64,000 nt of DNA, taken from an uncultured virus (IMG/VR IMGVR_UViG_3300046746_000620). Taxonomy: Duplodnaviria; Heunggongvirae; Uroviricota; Caudoviricetes. Of this stretch, positions 33,001 to 41,080 are shown piece after piece. The notes below the pieces were generated by a model. It saw only the letters and a program-made list of their open reading frames with translations. It was not told the origin of the DNA and did no database searches. Numbering within the stretch: position 1 is the first letter of the stretch; the number at the start of each line of letters is the position of its first letter. A program made the position numbers and the translations under genes. The stretch lies in IMG/VR virus record IMGVR_UViG_3300046746_000620, positions 1 to 64,000 of that record. One strand, given 5' to 3'.

Positions 33001-36000
33001 AGCCTCTAAATCTTGTTTCTCTTTTTGTAAAGCTTTATTAAAGTTTTTGGATACATACGGAGGAATGTCAGACCTAGTTGATAAATATTTAGAAAAAGAT
33101 TCTACTTCTTTTAAATCTCCTTGTACTCTCTGATATTTAGGGCTTATCCATTCAGTTTTTGAGCTTTCCCAGTCAGGGGTATTAAACTTAGCTTCCTTAA
33201 ATTTTTTCCCTTTAAATAAGAAATTGCCTTTAGGATCTTCTATTCCTTTTATGTTCCTAATTGATGTAACTCGTTTTATCCCACCTCTCATCGCATAATT
33301 TGGAATAAATCCTTTAGAGAAATTTTTGCCAATCCAAAGATTCTCAAGTCTTACTAATTTATCTTGTTTATGAGCATTTCGCCCTAAACCAAACTGCCTC
33401 AGGGATTTAATCAATTTTCTTTCTTCTCCAGGTAAATATTCTGCCTGATCCCTTGTTTTAAACTTTCCAGACTCACGATAATAATTTTCTTGCCTAAATC
33501 CTTCTACCCTCTTTCTTAATTGAACGGGGTTAAAAACTCCTTCCATTTGCATTTTTGGAATATTTTTTGAAAGCCTTTTCCTGTCTAATATTTTTTTTGC
33601 GGACAATAAAGCTCTTGGGATCCTGGGTCCAATTACAGAACCAGCATCTATTTTAGTATAAGGTCTCCCAGATTTAGCTGCAGATTCAATTTCTTTTATT
33701 AATTTTTTATATATACTTGAACCAAACTCACCCTCATTAGCTCTGATGTGACGCACATTTAAAACACGCTCTTTACCCCTGTTCATGTCATAAACATTGC
33801 TACTCCTACCAAATCCTGGTCGTTTAACCATAAAATTAGGCACAAACCCTTTTGACATATTTGGTAATTTTTTTCTTGAAGGGCCAAACTCTTTTCTTGT
33901 TTTTCTGGATACTTCTTGTTGTTTCTGTTTATCTGTTTCCGATATCTTTTGTCTTACATCTGGAAGTTTTAAAACTTTTTGAACAAAATCTCCTTTTGTT
34001 CCTTGACTTATCCCTATTTTTGCATCAGCAAAAGGAGTGTAGTAACCAAATAAACTTTGGAGAGCTTTATCTGGAAAGCCTGATATGTCGAAAGTAGCAT
34101 TGTTTTGAGAAAATAATTTATTTTTTCCAATAGAAGATAAAGCTGTTTCAAAAACAGATCCTGCAGCGGAACCGACACTTCCTGCATTTGCCATTTTTGT
34201 TATTGGGTTATTATTTGAAGCAAACCTTCCTCCAGATAATTCACTAGCAAGTTTCTTAGATTCGCCTAGCATTAAGTTTTTTAATTTTTCTCTAGTTTTT
34301 GTCTCTGTACCCTGCAGGCTCTTATTTTTGATTCCTTCAATTCTGTATTTAATTCTTGTCTTATTTCCATCTTTTGGAGAGTGAATAGTGTCAACTTTTT
34401 GCCTAACATTATTTCTCGCAACCAACATCGTTGCTTGCCTACTTGCGTCAATAGTATTTATTTGATTTCTTTTTCTTTTTGTCTCTATTGCTTGGTTATT
34501 CATAACATCTTTGTTATACCTAGCTTTAAAACCTAAAAGAGCTTTTTGCTCTTCACTGGAGAAATCTTTAATAGTCAGTTTTTCATTGTTTAAGTTTATC
34601 GGCTTGCCCTCTCTTAAATTTCTAACCCTTTGAACACTTACAAACCCTCTTTGGGTAGCAACTCCAGATTTTGAAAAGTTCGGGACATATCCTTTTGTTA
34701 AATTTTTAACATACTCTGGGACATACCCTTTTGAATAATTAAAATTTACCCCATGAGGGAATAGGGGGTTTTCAGTTTGTTGATCTTTTGGTGAATTTTT
34801 TTTCTTTGCTGTTATTTTACTTTCCCTAAGAACTGTATCTGATGGAGTTATCATATTAATTCCACCAGAAAACATTGTTCTTCCCCCTTTAGTTAAATTA
34901 ATCTTGTCGGTTTTATTATTCTTAATTCCAATTTTTGGTTGATTAAAGCTAGCTTGAGAATTAGTTAAGGCTAGTAACCACTCTGAAGCAGCCTTTTTTA
35001 ATCCCACTATTATGTTCTGCTCTGTTGTGGCTTTAGTTTCGAAACTTTTTTCAGATTTATTTTTTTTGCTTCTCGCAGTTAAATCCATGAAGGCGTTTTT
35101 TCCTGTAAATTTTATATCAGAAAATCCAGATTTAGCTAGGTAATTTTTACTCTCCATTTCTCCAACTAAACCTTTAGCTTTTCCTGTTAATGTCCCAAAA
35201 GCTTGATGGACTGCATAAGGTCTTTTACCGTAATAAGGTCTTTTCGCTATGTTTTCTGCGGATTTAAATATCCCCTTGTAAGACCCACTTTTTACAAGAT
35301 CCCCATATGTTTGTTTAATTCTTTTTACGGCGTCTGGATTGATTTTATATTTAGTTAAGTTTGGATCTTTGTTTTTTGGATCTCTTACTATTAAACCTTG
35401 AATTTGACTATTGCCCTTAACTATTTTATTAGCTTCTTTCTTGAAGTGATCATTGTCATGACTCATTCTGTGAACATTCAACTTCCCAGTAAATACATCT
35501 GTTAAGTCTGCATATTGAGATATTATTGATCCACCTCCATCAAACCCTCCTAGCTTGGAAGCTGAATAGCTATATGTTTTTCCACTTAAGCTTTGTCCAT
35601 ATTTTTGTCTCGAAAAATTTGGTATATATCCGTCCGCTGCATTTACTTTTTTAGCTCCATTTGGTAATCCATATTGTTTAGCCATATCTCTATTGAAAAC
35701 AGCATCGGCTCCAGAATTTTTAAAATTCTTCACAATCCACTCCCCTGTATTTACAACCACATCAGAGGATTGCCCTGGCCTCATTTTAATTTTTGTTTTT
35801 ACAGGTTTATCCCCTTTTCTTGCTCCACCTATACCCCTACTGACATCTAAACTTTCTTTTTCAAATGCGGGTAAAAATCCATTAGCTAAAGATAGAGTTT
35901 TTCTGCCTTTAGCTCTCGATGATCTTTTACCCATAGGTACAAACCCTACATCTGTTGCCCCCACACCAATTAACCTAGAACTCGCCGCTATTCTTTTGAT

Positions 36001-37551
36001 TAAAGCTTCTTGCTTCAGTCTTTCGGCTGTTTCTTGTTTTATTGTATTTAATATTATCTGTTCTTGCTTTGCTGTGTTCGAACCTGCTGCAAGAATTTTT
36101 TGATATATATTTGAATTGGTTGTTAAAATTTGACTTATTGCAGCTTGTAAACCTTGCTGTCTTTTTGTTTCTGAATTTAATCCGAGAATATCAGAAAAAG
36201 CTTCTTTCGCAAATTTTGTAACAAGACCAAATATTTTTATAAATGCAGCTCCTAAAATTACCATCCCTGGCCCAGTCAGGAAGCTACCAATTCCACTAAT
36301 TAAGTTTTTTGCTAAGTTAGATCCACTGTCTTCAGAAAGTATTTCATTAAATTTTTTAGCTAAATTATTTAAAAAAGTAAGAATCTCTTTAAAGTTATCT
36401 GAAAAAGCTATATCCCCAATAGAAGAAGCTAATTCTTTTGCGCTTAAGGATGTTTGAGTGAATAGAGCTGACAGTGTTTTGTTTAACTCCTCATTTCTTT
36501 TCGTCGCTTCATTCGTTGTATTATTAGCCACATTTAAAGCATCATTATAAATGGAGTATCCACTGTTTAGATCTTGTATTAAGGCTTGCAGATTTTGAAT
36601 TTGATAAACTCCAGCTAATTGCTCTGCTGTATAAGCTTTTTGACTATCAGAGAGGTTTTTATAAACATTTGCATAATCTAATATTATATCCATACCTCCA
36701 CGAAAAGTTCCATCTAAATTTCTTGTAGCTACGCCAATTTCTTCCAAAGCTTCTCTAACCCCGCTTCTTTTTATTCTTGTGAAAATACTTTTAAATCCGT
36801 TACCTATTACTGATCCACCCCTCGCAGTTCTTTGCTGCACTGCAGTCACAACAGCAGCTAATTCATTAAACTCAACACCTGAAGATTGCGCAACAGCTCC
36901 TGCCCTTGATAAAGCTTCAGCTAAATCAGCTGAAGACACAGCAAAAGCAGCATCAACATTAGCCATTCTATTAACTATCTGGGTGTGAGTTATTCCTTCT
37001 TCATTAAAAGAATTAATTGCAGCTGTTAAAGTTTCTGTTGATTTTACTGTATCCAACCCTGACAATCTACTAAGTATTAAAGCTGAATTAACTCTAGCTA
37101 AAGTTTCTTCAGCACTTAAACCCTGTCTGGCTAATTCTGTCGCAGATTCCGCCACAGCAGAAAAAGATGTTGCAGTGTTTCTAGCTACATCAAACAATCC
37201 TTCCCCGAATTTCGCCATAGCAGAATCCGTAGTTTCCATAACCACCTGGATATCTTTTAGAGACTTCTCGACTTCTGCCGCTGATTGAACTATATTAAAA
37301 AAGGCATCAGATATTCCATTGATTACCCCCACTGCCGCACCAAAAGCAAATACTCTTGCAGCAGATGCGTCCATAGATTTTTGAAATTCTGAAGCTGAAT
37401 TAGTTATTTTTCCTAAAGGTTGAACTATTCCAGCTGGATTAAGAGTTGGAGACATGCGCATGCGATTAACTACCCTCTGAGCAGCAGCAGCTTCAGCAAC
37501 AATACTTTCCCTATATCCGCTTGCGGATGTTGGTATATTTACAACACTCAT
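27058..37551 (-). CDS. Tail tape measure protein (TP901-family core) with a large internal multi-domain insert
   Basis: ELARQG, LTAAINSF, ANVDAAFAVSSADLAEALSRAG and GSVIGNGFKSIFTRI form the TP901-like core; Gly/Ala-rich TM-like stretch; position after tube and chaperones. Confidence 0.92.
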   Translation of the reverse strand: MSVVNIPTSASGYRESIVAEAAAAQRVVNRMRMSPTLNPAGIVQPLGKITNSASEFQKSMDASAARVFAFGAAVGVINGISDAFFNIVQSAAEVEKSLKDIQVVMETTDSAMAKFGEGLFDVARNTATSFSAVAESATELARQGLSAEETLARVNSALILSRLSGLDTVKSTETLTAAINSFNEEGITHTQIVNRMANVDAAFAVSSADLAEALSRAGAVAQSSGVEFNELAAVVTAVQQRTARGGSVIGNGFKSIFTRIKRSGVREALEEIGVATRNLDGTFRGGMDIILDYANVYKNLSDSQKAYTAEQLAGVYQIQNLQALIQDLNSGYSIYNDALNVANNTTNEATKRNEELNKTLSALFTQTSLSAKELASSIGDIAFSDNFKEILTFLNNLAKKFNEILSEDSGSNLAKNLISGIGSFLTGPGMVILGAAFIKIFGLVTKFAKEAFSDILGLNSETKRQQGLQAAISQILTTNSNIYQKILAAGSNTAKQEQIILNTIKQETAERLKQEALIKRIAASSRLIGVGATDVGFVPMGKRSSRAKGRKTLSLANGFLPAFEKESLDVSRGIGGARKGDKPVKTKIKMRPGQSSDVVVNTGEWIVKNFKNSGADAVFNRDMAKQYGLPNGAKKVNAADGYIPNFSRQKYGQSLSGKTYSYSASKLGGFDGGGSIISQYADLTDVFTGKLNVHRMSHDNDHFKKEANKIVKGNSQIQGLIVRDPKNKDPNLTKYKINPDAVKRIKQTYGDLVKSGSYKGIFKSAENIAKRPYYGKRPYAVHQAFGTLTGKAKGLVGEMESKNYLAKSGFSDIKFTGKNAFMDLTARSKKNKSEKSFETKATTEQNIIVGLKKAASEWLLALTNSQASFNQPKIGIKNNKTDKINLTKGGRTMFSGGINMITPSDTVLRESKITAKKKNSPKDQQTENPLFPHGVNFNYSKGYVPEYVKNLTKGYVPNFSKSGVATQRGFVSVQRVRNLREGKPINLNNEKLTIKDFSSEEQKALLGFKARYNKDVMNNQAIETKRKRNQINTIDASRQATMLVARNNVRQKVDTIHSPKDGNKTRIKYRIEGIKNKSLQGTETKTREKLKNLMLGESKKLASELSGGRFASNNNPITKMANAGSVGSAAGSVFETALSSIGKNKLFSQNNATFDISGFPDKALQSLFGYYTPFADAKIGISQGTKGDFVQKVLKLPDVRQKISETDKQKQQEVSRKTRKEFGPSRKKLPNMSKGFVPNFMVKRPGFGRSSNVYDMNRGKERVLNVRHIRANEGEFGSSIYKKLIKEIESAAKSGRPYTKIDAGSVIGPRIPRALLSAKKILDRKRLSKNIPKMQMEGVFNPVQLRKRVEGFRQENYYRESGKFKTRDQAEYLPGEERKLIKSLRQFGLGRNAHKQDKLVRLENLWIGKNFSKGFIPNYAMRGGIKRVTSIRNIKGIEDPKGNFLFKGKKFKEAKFNTPDWESSKTEWISPKYQRVQGDLKEVESFSKYLSTRSDIPPYVSKNFNKALQKEKQDLEAQKKRDYELGKKIKLGNAGFYERKNYYNNPLPQDRPFKVELKYLKKEKIDDIIQGFKQNFSEGFIPNFESNHLSPQYSNNVINHLSEGYIPNFAKEIGFGLEDHTRQALSKNIGGVSTNMNISVDKEGGILKDGKPINFNNKAIINQIVSNKKVLDFVTKKVNKQLLDAQRYGAGKSLLSRLGFKPTIDIEKQQLGQNLRSVAKNIKLGTNKQTGSVQSLDPSFTIGKALSNGEHTLQLKPQGVKNVITKFGGKGFRGVADASLSNLMSTIAITKKGREGSSGGISLKRLSQNTAMLGKMQAAKKIDIKGSIIEQKDKIKNIYQDIGGSVNQMTARRKDQLANLIQKFNGQSISRKFESLMSKRDEITSSIKTKAEAIKNMPANQASKIKKEILSLRKKQKNIKEQVSRIVNEKTGKIKNAPQSISDSWRNFSERLQVRQRAENTFNKVSNLGKKIFSPTKSSTENPYLSAIERQKRYIKNPLQTERSSKISNKAQFAFNKWVNESSIVKAGKSLIKEPRKTLSKTFSFDKGMKNPYADVDYGISGEKRKIDFSEHFRKAAAFSSRITGLNKIQKSVKETFRGVQVDTGKNYMYLPKKDAEVYSFKNQEIKRSFASNQQSIMDILSGRSSDPSLEQLKRLERNAEEIKIQKKALDSYYRKYAKPQHWAGNKKVIPKETGYVMRGKRIVPKKSFASGFTPSFSRVMRSFSDKQSSFSNLILKNNQQKKVRQGLTGQEFSKLSTRIADFNKKVQASKDGRYMQSRPLVSTDRKQVFKISRRHRLEDLDNIKRFLNSKQFRVLPEETKNKLTYYYNKQKAKISSIKDLDNEYLRHSASPNYRGKIRNFGNGFMPNFALDEAIERETKALKQRGISSNKIKVSKHSKLKNSMNPMGLAVINTVDEPMGVQQGINRSEAKGIDPKTHGVPSFAMTIEEIRERKRQEKFHLEQDRKNGRFLGGSGLINPYTDLDKNQAYELNQRQKEFKKRNAGKKGFSKFVSNIRSPENSQRYKNLKGKSGGLAMGAMFMGPMGAQMIADGRQGPELGGGASLATNALTGLSYGAAFGAPGMIVGGAGGAIKGMAEYGVKEDQSKTFKALAAAKKKLDEEFKDVSKLESFGQSLVDLKNSTEMGDVSGIVSANQQIRDSINSLSDPKQAQRMRELANSSLSTSEKLGILNRTMQDAQKNLTVQDQLIKMGQDLNSDEYSKPNSLVTSSFGSAVQATTAATMSAFGNGTYDFNKRMLKGADPMFGEFAKAKDKGAELNKVIDKEIEIMASDKVIQQLSDGSAGLGGFDLRGLTPEAITAKRQEDLELDAQIAKMENEVANDLRDKTIKTLVELGSNIGDTEVGQSLKKYKGGNETVDNMNRFIKGEDGEFNLAGSALLSELIESQREAAQSVDAYSDAVEKAQDTEMRLKNQKEVLISEYQKFIREQELINNILTKFENNLELASARLEASFQVRNAVNDFKVNGGSRSPDEGIDRRAENEVSKIKADSNLQLKSELINLVSNSMPKAEFEPSDASKSFLQGEGVKAKEKVLTGQAGFAQFFEKSTKESTQAMQDAYTAFLKSNEDGNISLKEIKQFIGKLQVIGGQGNAIAEKAAMMSSLSMQKLAIEIQKAAINRKLERAELGRGRLEGIGGKFLSKEDLKNVADLGEGIDVYRNERTGELLNREFGPRDYVADNTVDTMDEKALSVENARRLAEILGVQQQILTGMSNDEANFVVGIRNLEKVIETFRANNVSPDLIKKMEELKHTAVEDLKAVQAIDESILEQTKLLGEADYTRLEDPMKAVQNELLKQRSEGIKLNNYGEIAQAVGQAVVQSLNNTPKGDQPVPGGNGDGGGGNQPLVESNKLLIETSNRLNETNMLLLENQSILNEQMALFNESVMLNTEGLDTSRTLFEAVNETILSFPQQLTEQLNEVVMKHTVTGDVRFEFNNEAINRNLKPAVKQSVVQALQDPMIIGYLESVLAQRIDKNNILGGQ

Positions 37552-37577
37552 AATCCTTAAACCTAATTAGGTTTACA

Positions 37578-38573
37578 CTATTTTTTATGAATTTTCAGTA
37601 AATCTTCCATATTCAACTCTTCTTTGCCTTGTTTTTTTGCTATCTCATGTATATCGACAGAACCTTCGGTATTAACACCCATTCTTTCTAAATCACTACG
37701 TTTTGCTCTTGCGAAAGAAAATCCATCAGATGATTTAGATTTCTCTAACAGGTTTTTAGCTTTTTCTTTTTTATTGTTAGATTCCTCTACAAACCTTAAT
37801 ATAGCTTCAGCATCGTCTTGAATATCTTCTGGTACTTCATAATTTTCAAAAATATTTTGAAACATTTTTGCATAGTTTAATAAATTTACTTGAAAAAAAG
37901 TTAACTCTAAAGGGGCGGCTTGAAAAAAATTTGATAAATCTTTATGAAATAAATTAAAATAACTTTTAAATAAAGGGTAGATTGAAACTTTTTTAATGTT
38001 TTTATTTGAAAATTTTTCGTTAATAATTGAGTAACTATTGAATAGTTTAGATAATTCTAAATTATCTATATATTCAAAGTCTTCATCTGTAAAAAATAAT
38101 TCTTTAAGTTCACTATCTTTAAATAAGCTTTTTTTTAAGAAATTTTCATTACTTTTTCTGTCTGAATATTTTTCTGCTGTATTAAAAAATAAACTTTCTT
38201 TTTCTTTTGCTTTGCTATTTAAATCTTCTTCTATTGTTTTTATTTTTTTATCTATATTAGATATATCACTTTCTAAGAAAAGATTTTTTTTTGTTTTTTT
38301 TAAATTTTTTAATTCATTAGTTTTTAACTCTATAAGTACATCTTCATTAGGGCTCCATGCGCCCTGACTTATAAGATCTTGCTCTATTTCTTTTTTTGTT
38401 TTTAAACCCTTTTCTTTAGCTTTTTTTATGAATTTTTTTTTATCGTTTTCTATAAACTCTAAATCATTTATACAAAGATGTTTTATATATAAAACACTAT
38501 CTTTATAATTTATTTTTGAAAATCCATTTTTAATATCGATAAATATACTATCAATATCTTCATCAAGCTTCAT
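37578..38573 (-). CDS. Pre-TMP protein, putative tail assembly chaperone
   Basis: Helical charged protein just upstream of the TMP. Confidence 0.5.
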   Translation of the reverse strand: MKLDEDIDSIFIDIKNGFSKINYKDSVLYIKHLCINDLEFIENDKKKFIKKAKEKGLKTKKEIEQDLISQGAWSPNEDVLIELKTNELKNLKKTKKNLFLESDISNIDKKIKTIEEDLNSKAKEKESLFFNTAEKYSDRKSNENFLKKSLFKDSELKELFFTDEDFEYIDNLELSKLFNSYSIINEKFSNKNIKKVSIYPLFKSYFNLFHKDLSNFFQAAPLELTFFQVNLLNYAKMFQNIFENYEVPEDIQDDAEAILRFVEESNNKKEKAKNLLEKSKSSDGFSFARAKRSDLERMGVNTEGSVDIHEIAKKQGKEELNMEDLLKIHKK

Positions 38574-39375
38574 CTAAAACTTCTTGATCTTTTTTCATTT
38601 CATTCATTATTTTATCCACACCCTCCTGGTCTTGAGTGCCACCTATATACCAAATAGTTACTATAGATGATATTTTATCAATACAAGCTTCAAACAAGGG
38701 GTCGTTCATAGATTCTTTATCTAAGTAATCTGAGTATTTTTCTTCAAAACTATCTCCCTCAAAAAAGTCTTCTAGCGGATTATCCTCTTGATCTCCTTCT
38801 TGAAATCTTGATAAATGTAGAATATACCACATAATAGCTCTGTTTCTAGCTTTTACATCTGCCGTATGGTCAAATAAAGAATTTTGCACCATCTCGTATT
38901 CTGTTAGCTCTTTTTTAATGTCAGAAAGCTCTTGAATAAGTATATCTAATTTTTCTTTTTGCCTCTCAGATAATTTAGAGGAATCATTCAATATAGAAAA
39001 TTGCTGAATATCTAATTGTTTTTTGTGCATTTTGTATATTAATTCAGCATAGATTTGTTGCTCTTTCTCTGACCAGACTCCACCCTGATTACCGTACTGT
39101 TTTGCGAGCATAGCTTTCGTCATTAAACCCATTTTTATGAATTTATTTAACTCTACACTGTAAAACATATCACCATCTTCCAGAATTGCTCTTCTAGGTT
39201 TTTCTATGATAATTTTAAACGGTACTTCTTTTTTGACCGATACAGTCTCCTTCGAGGTGACTACTTCCATTTTACCTGTTTCTTTATTTTTTCTTTTTGA
39301 TTTTTTTTCAACTTCCTCTTCAATTTCTCTTTCTATGTTAATTGAAAAAGAGTATAGTATTTTTTTGTCGTTCAT
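38563..39375 (-). CDS. Putative tail assembly chaperone
   Basis: Position between tail tube and TMP; resembles the next gene (GxWSxxE, coiled coil, LFxxTA). Confidence 0.5.
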   Translation of the reverse strand: MNDKKILYSFSINIEREIEEEVEKKSKRKNKETGKMEVVTSKETVSVKKEVPFKIIIEKPRRAILEDGDMFYSVELNKFIKMGLMTKAMLAKQYGNQGGVWSEKEQQIYAELIYKMHKKQLDIQQFSILNDSSKLSERQKEKLDILIQELSDIKKELTEYEMVQNSLFDHTADVKARNRAIMWYILHLSRFQEGDQEDNPLEDFFEGDSFEEKYSDYLDKESMNDPLFEACIDKISSIVTIWYIGGTQDQEGVDKIMNEMKKDQEVLDEA

Positions 39376-39382
39376 ATTTGCC

Positions 39383-39670
39383 TTATTCCTTTTTAAAATT
39401 TATATCAAAATTATTCATATATAATAATAACTCTCTTCTAGTATCATTTCCACAATCTAATATTTTTTTTCTTATGAAATTTAACCTACCTTCATCTAGA
39501 TATTGAGCTTGTATTAGAAGTTTTTCTTCTTCAGGTAAAGCGTTTTTAAGTTTCTCAAACTGATCGTCATGCTCCAAACTTAACTCTTCAACCATTTGCA
39601 AAAAAACTTTATACAAATTAGTCACAGACCTATGCACTTGAAATTCTAAAACTTCCCTTTCTTTTTCCAT
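39383..39670 (-). CDS. Hypothetical protein
   Basis: Start reassigned to MEKERE (39670), downstream of the late promoter motif. Confidence 0.65.
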   Translation of the reverse strand: MEKEREVLEFQVHRSVTNLYKVFLQMVEELSLEHDDQFEKLKNALPEEEKLLIQAQYLDEGRLNFIRKKILDCGNDTRRELLLYMNNFDINFKKE

Positions 39671-39699
39671 TATAATATATGCCTTATACCTATATGTGT

Positions 39700-39725
39700 T
39701 TACACAAAAAAACCCCAAGTGTGAA
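39700..39725 (-). promoter_or_regulatory. Candidate late promoter TTCAC-N15-GTGTAA
   Basis: Same motif and spacing before several structural genes. Confidence 0.6.
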
Positions 39726-39740
39726 AACACTTGAGGTTTT
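39706..39740 (-). terminator. Rho-independent terminator after the tail tube gene
   Basis: AAAACCTCAAGTG-loop-CACTTGGGGTTTT followed by a T run on the minus strand. Confidence 0.75.
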
Positions 39741-39767
39741 AGAGGGGGGATAATTAGAAATTAATTA

Positions 39768-41015
39768 TCAAATGGTTGGAGTATGCGGCGCACCTGAGTT
39801 CTCATCAACCTTATTGACAGCCTCCTGAATGACAAAAATACCATTTTCTGAATCATTTGCTCCACCAACTTGGGAAGAGAATGTCAGATCAACAGTTTTG
39901 TTATCGCCAATAGATGCCGAAAATGCTTGAGTATCAAGGATAGCATTTTTCATCACGTATACCAGAGCATTTTTAGCTCCGCATCTTGTGTTTAACACAA
40001 TAGCGATGTCTCGTTTTTGCTCACTTCCGCATAGCAATCCATCAAGACTTCCATCAGAAAATTCAGTCATGAGAGCTGAAACACTAAGTGTCATATTTAC
40101 AGGAAAGTCAACCTTTCTAGAAAATGGATAAAGACTACCTAATCTATTTAAAGGACTTCTTCCAACAGGAACTTCTAAAGATACATTTTGAACATGAATA
40201 CCTGTTTTTGCTTTTGTTTCGTCTACTCCTGGTAAAACAGCTCCACCTACACTTAATTTTCCTGCTTCACCACTACCAAGATAACCTTTAGCATCAAAAT
40301 CTATATAGATATCACCAGGTCTAATAGCAAAAACTTCATCTCCGCCGACCTGAATATCTCCATCATTTGAGGAAACCTGTGTAAGATCGACAGTATTGGC
40401 GATTCTGCTTCCTGTTGTAGACTCTACATTAATAGCTGGATTATCGAATGCTGATGATATGTCATTTTTGAATACAATATTCGAACCTTCGACAGACAAA
40501 CTTGCTGTAGCTAACTCTCCAACAGCAGCAGATATTCCATAACTTGTGATAAAACCGTTTCCAATCCCAATTACACCATGATCAGCTTGACCTACTTTTT
40601 CTGAAGAGTGATGAACATCTTCACCTTCAGGTACAGTTACTACATAGTAATTCTTTTCCTCATTAGTTCCTGAAAGCAAATCTTTAGTAAAGGAATCTGC
40701 TCCTGTGACAGGAAATGTGTTTTTTCCTGTTGTGTTGATATTGAACCCTAAACTTGACTCTTGGGTTCCATCTGTAATATAATATGAAAAATCAAGACTT
40801 ACTGTAGGTGGTTCAGTAACTTCTCTTGAAAGTGCAGCTAATTGACCAAACTCATTAATGTCTGTACGAGACACTTCGAGGTTGTAACTCATATCTTGAA
40901 CTCTGTTTATCTCTTTTACATCGGATGCTACAATATTCTTTGCAGCTCCTGATGATCCATTAATATTACTAACGAAAAGAGATTCACTTTGATATATAAC
41001 TCTGTCTGTTGCCAT
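39768..41015 (-). CDS. Major tail tube protein
   Basis: RTDINEFGQL, PPTVSLDFSYY and SIGDNKTVDLTFS; own promoter and terminator; precedes chaperones and TMP. Confidence 0.7.
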   Translation of the reverse strand: MATDRVIYQSESLFVSNINGSSGAAKNIVASDVKEINRVQDMSYNLEVSRTDINEFGQLAALSREVTEPPTVSLDFSYYITDGTQESSLGFNINTTGKNTFPVTGADSFTKDLLSGTNEEKNYYVVTVPEGEDVHHSSEKVGQADHGVIGIGNGFITSYGISAAVGELATASLSVEGSNIVFKNDISSAFDNPAINVESTTGSRIANTVDLTQVSSNDGDIQVGGDEVFAIRPGDIYIDFDAKGYLGSGEAGKLSVGGAVLPGVDETKAKTGIHVQNVSLEVPVGRSPLNRLGSLYPFSRKVDFPVNMTLSVSALMTEFSDGSLDGLLCGSEQKRDIAIVLNTRCGAKNALVYVMKNAILDTQAFSASIGDNKTVDLTFSSQVGGANDSENGIFVIQEAVNKVDENSGAPHTPTI

Positions 41016-41045
41016 AATTTATAAAATTTTAATTAATAATGCTTA

Positions 41046-41071
41046 TTACAGTAAAAATATAGAAATGTGAA
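41046..41071 (-). promoter_or_regulatory. Candidate late promoter TTCAC-N15-CTGTAA
   Basis: Motif variant upstream of the tail tube gene. Confidence 0.55.
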
Positions 41072-41080
41072 AAAATATTT

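Noticed and set aside
26966..38367. Short plus-strand ORFs opposite the TMP and chaperone genes, and similar ones opposite other long genes
   Set aside because: Fully antisense to well-supported genes, with no motifs or expression signals.
38563..38600. Programmed -1 frameshift between tail chaperone genes
   Set aside because: The second ORF has its own ATG in the +1 frame, and I found no in-frame X XXY YYZ heptamer near the junction.
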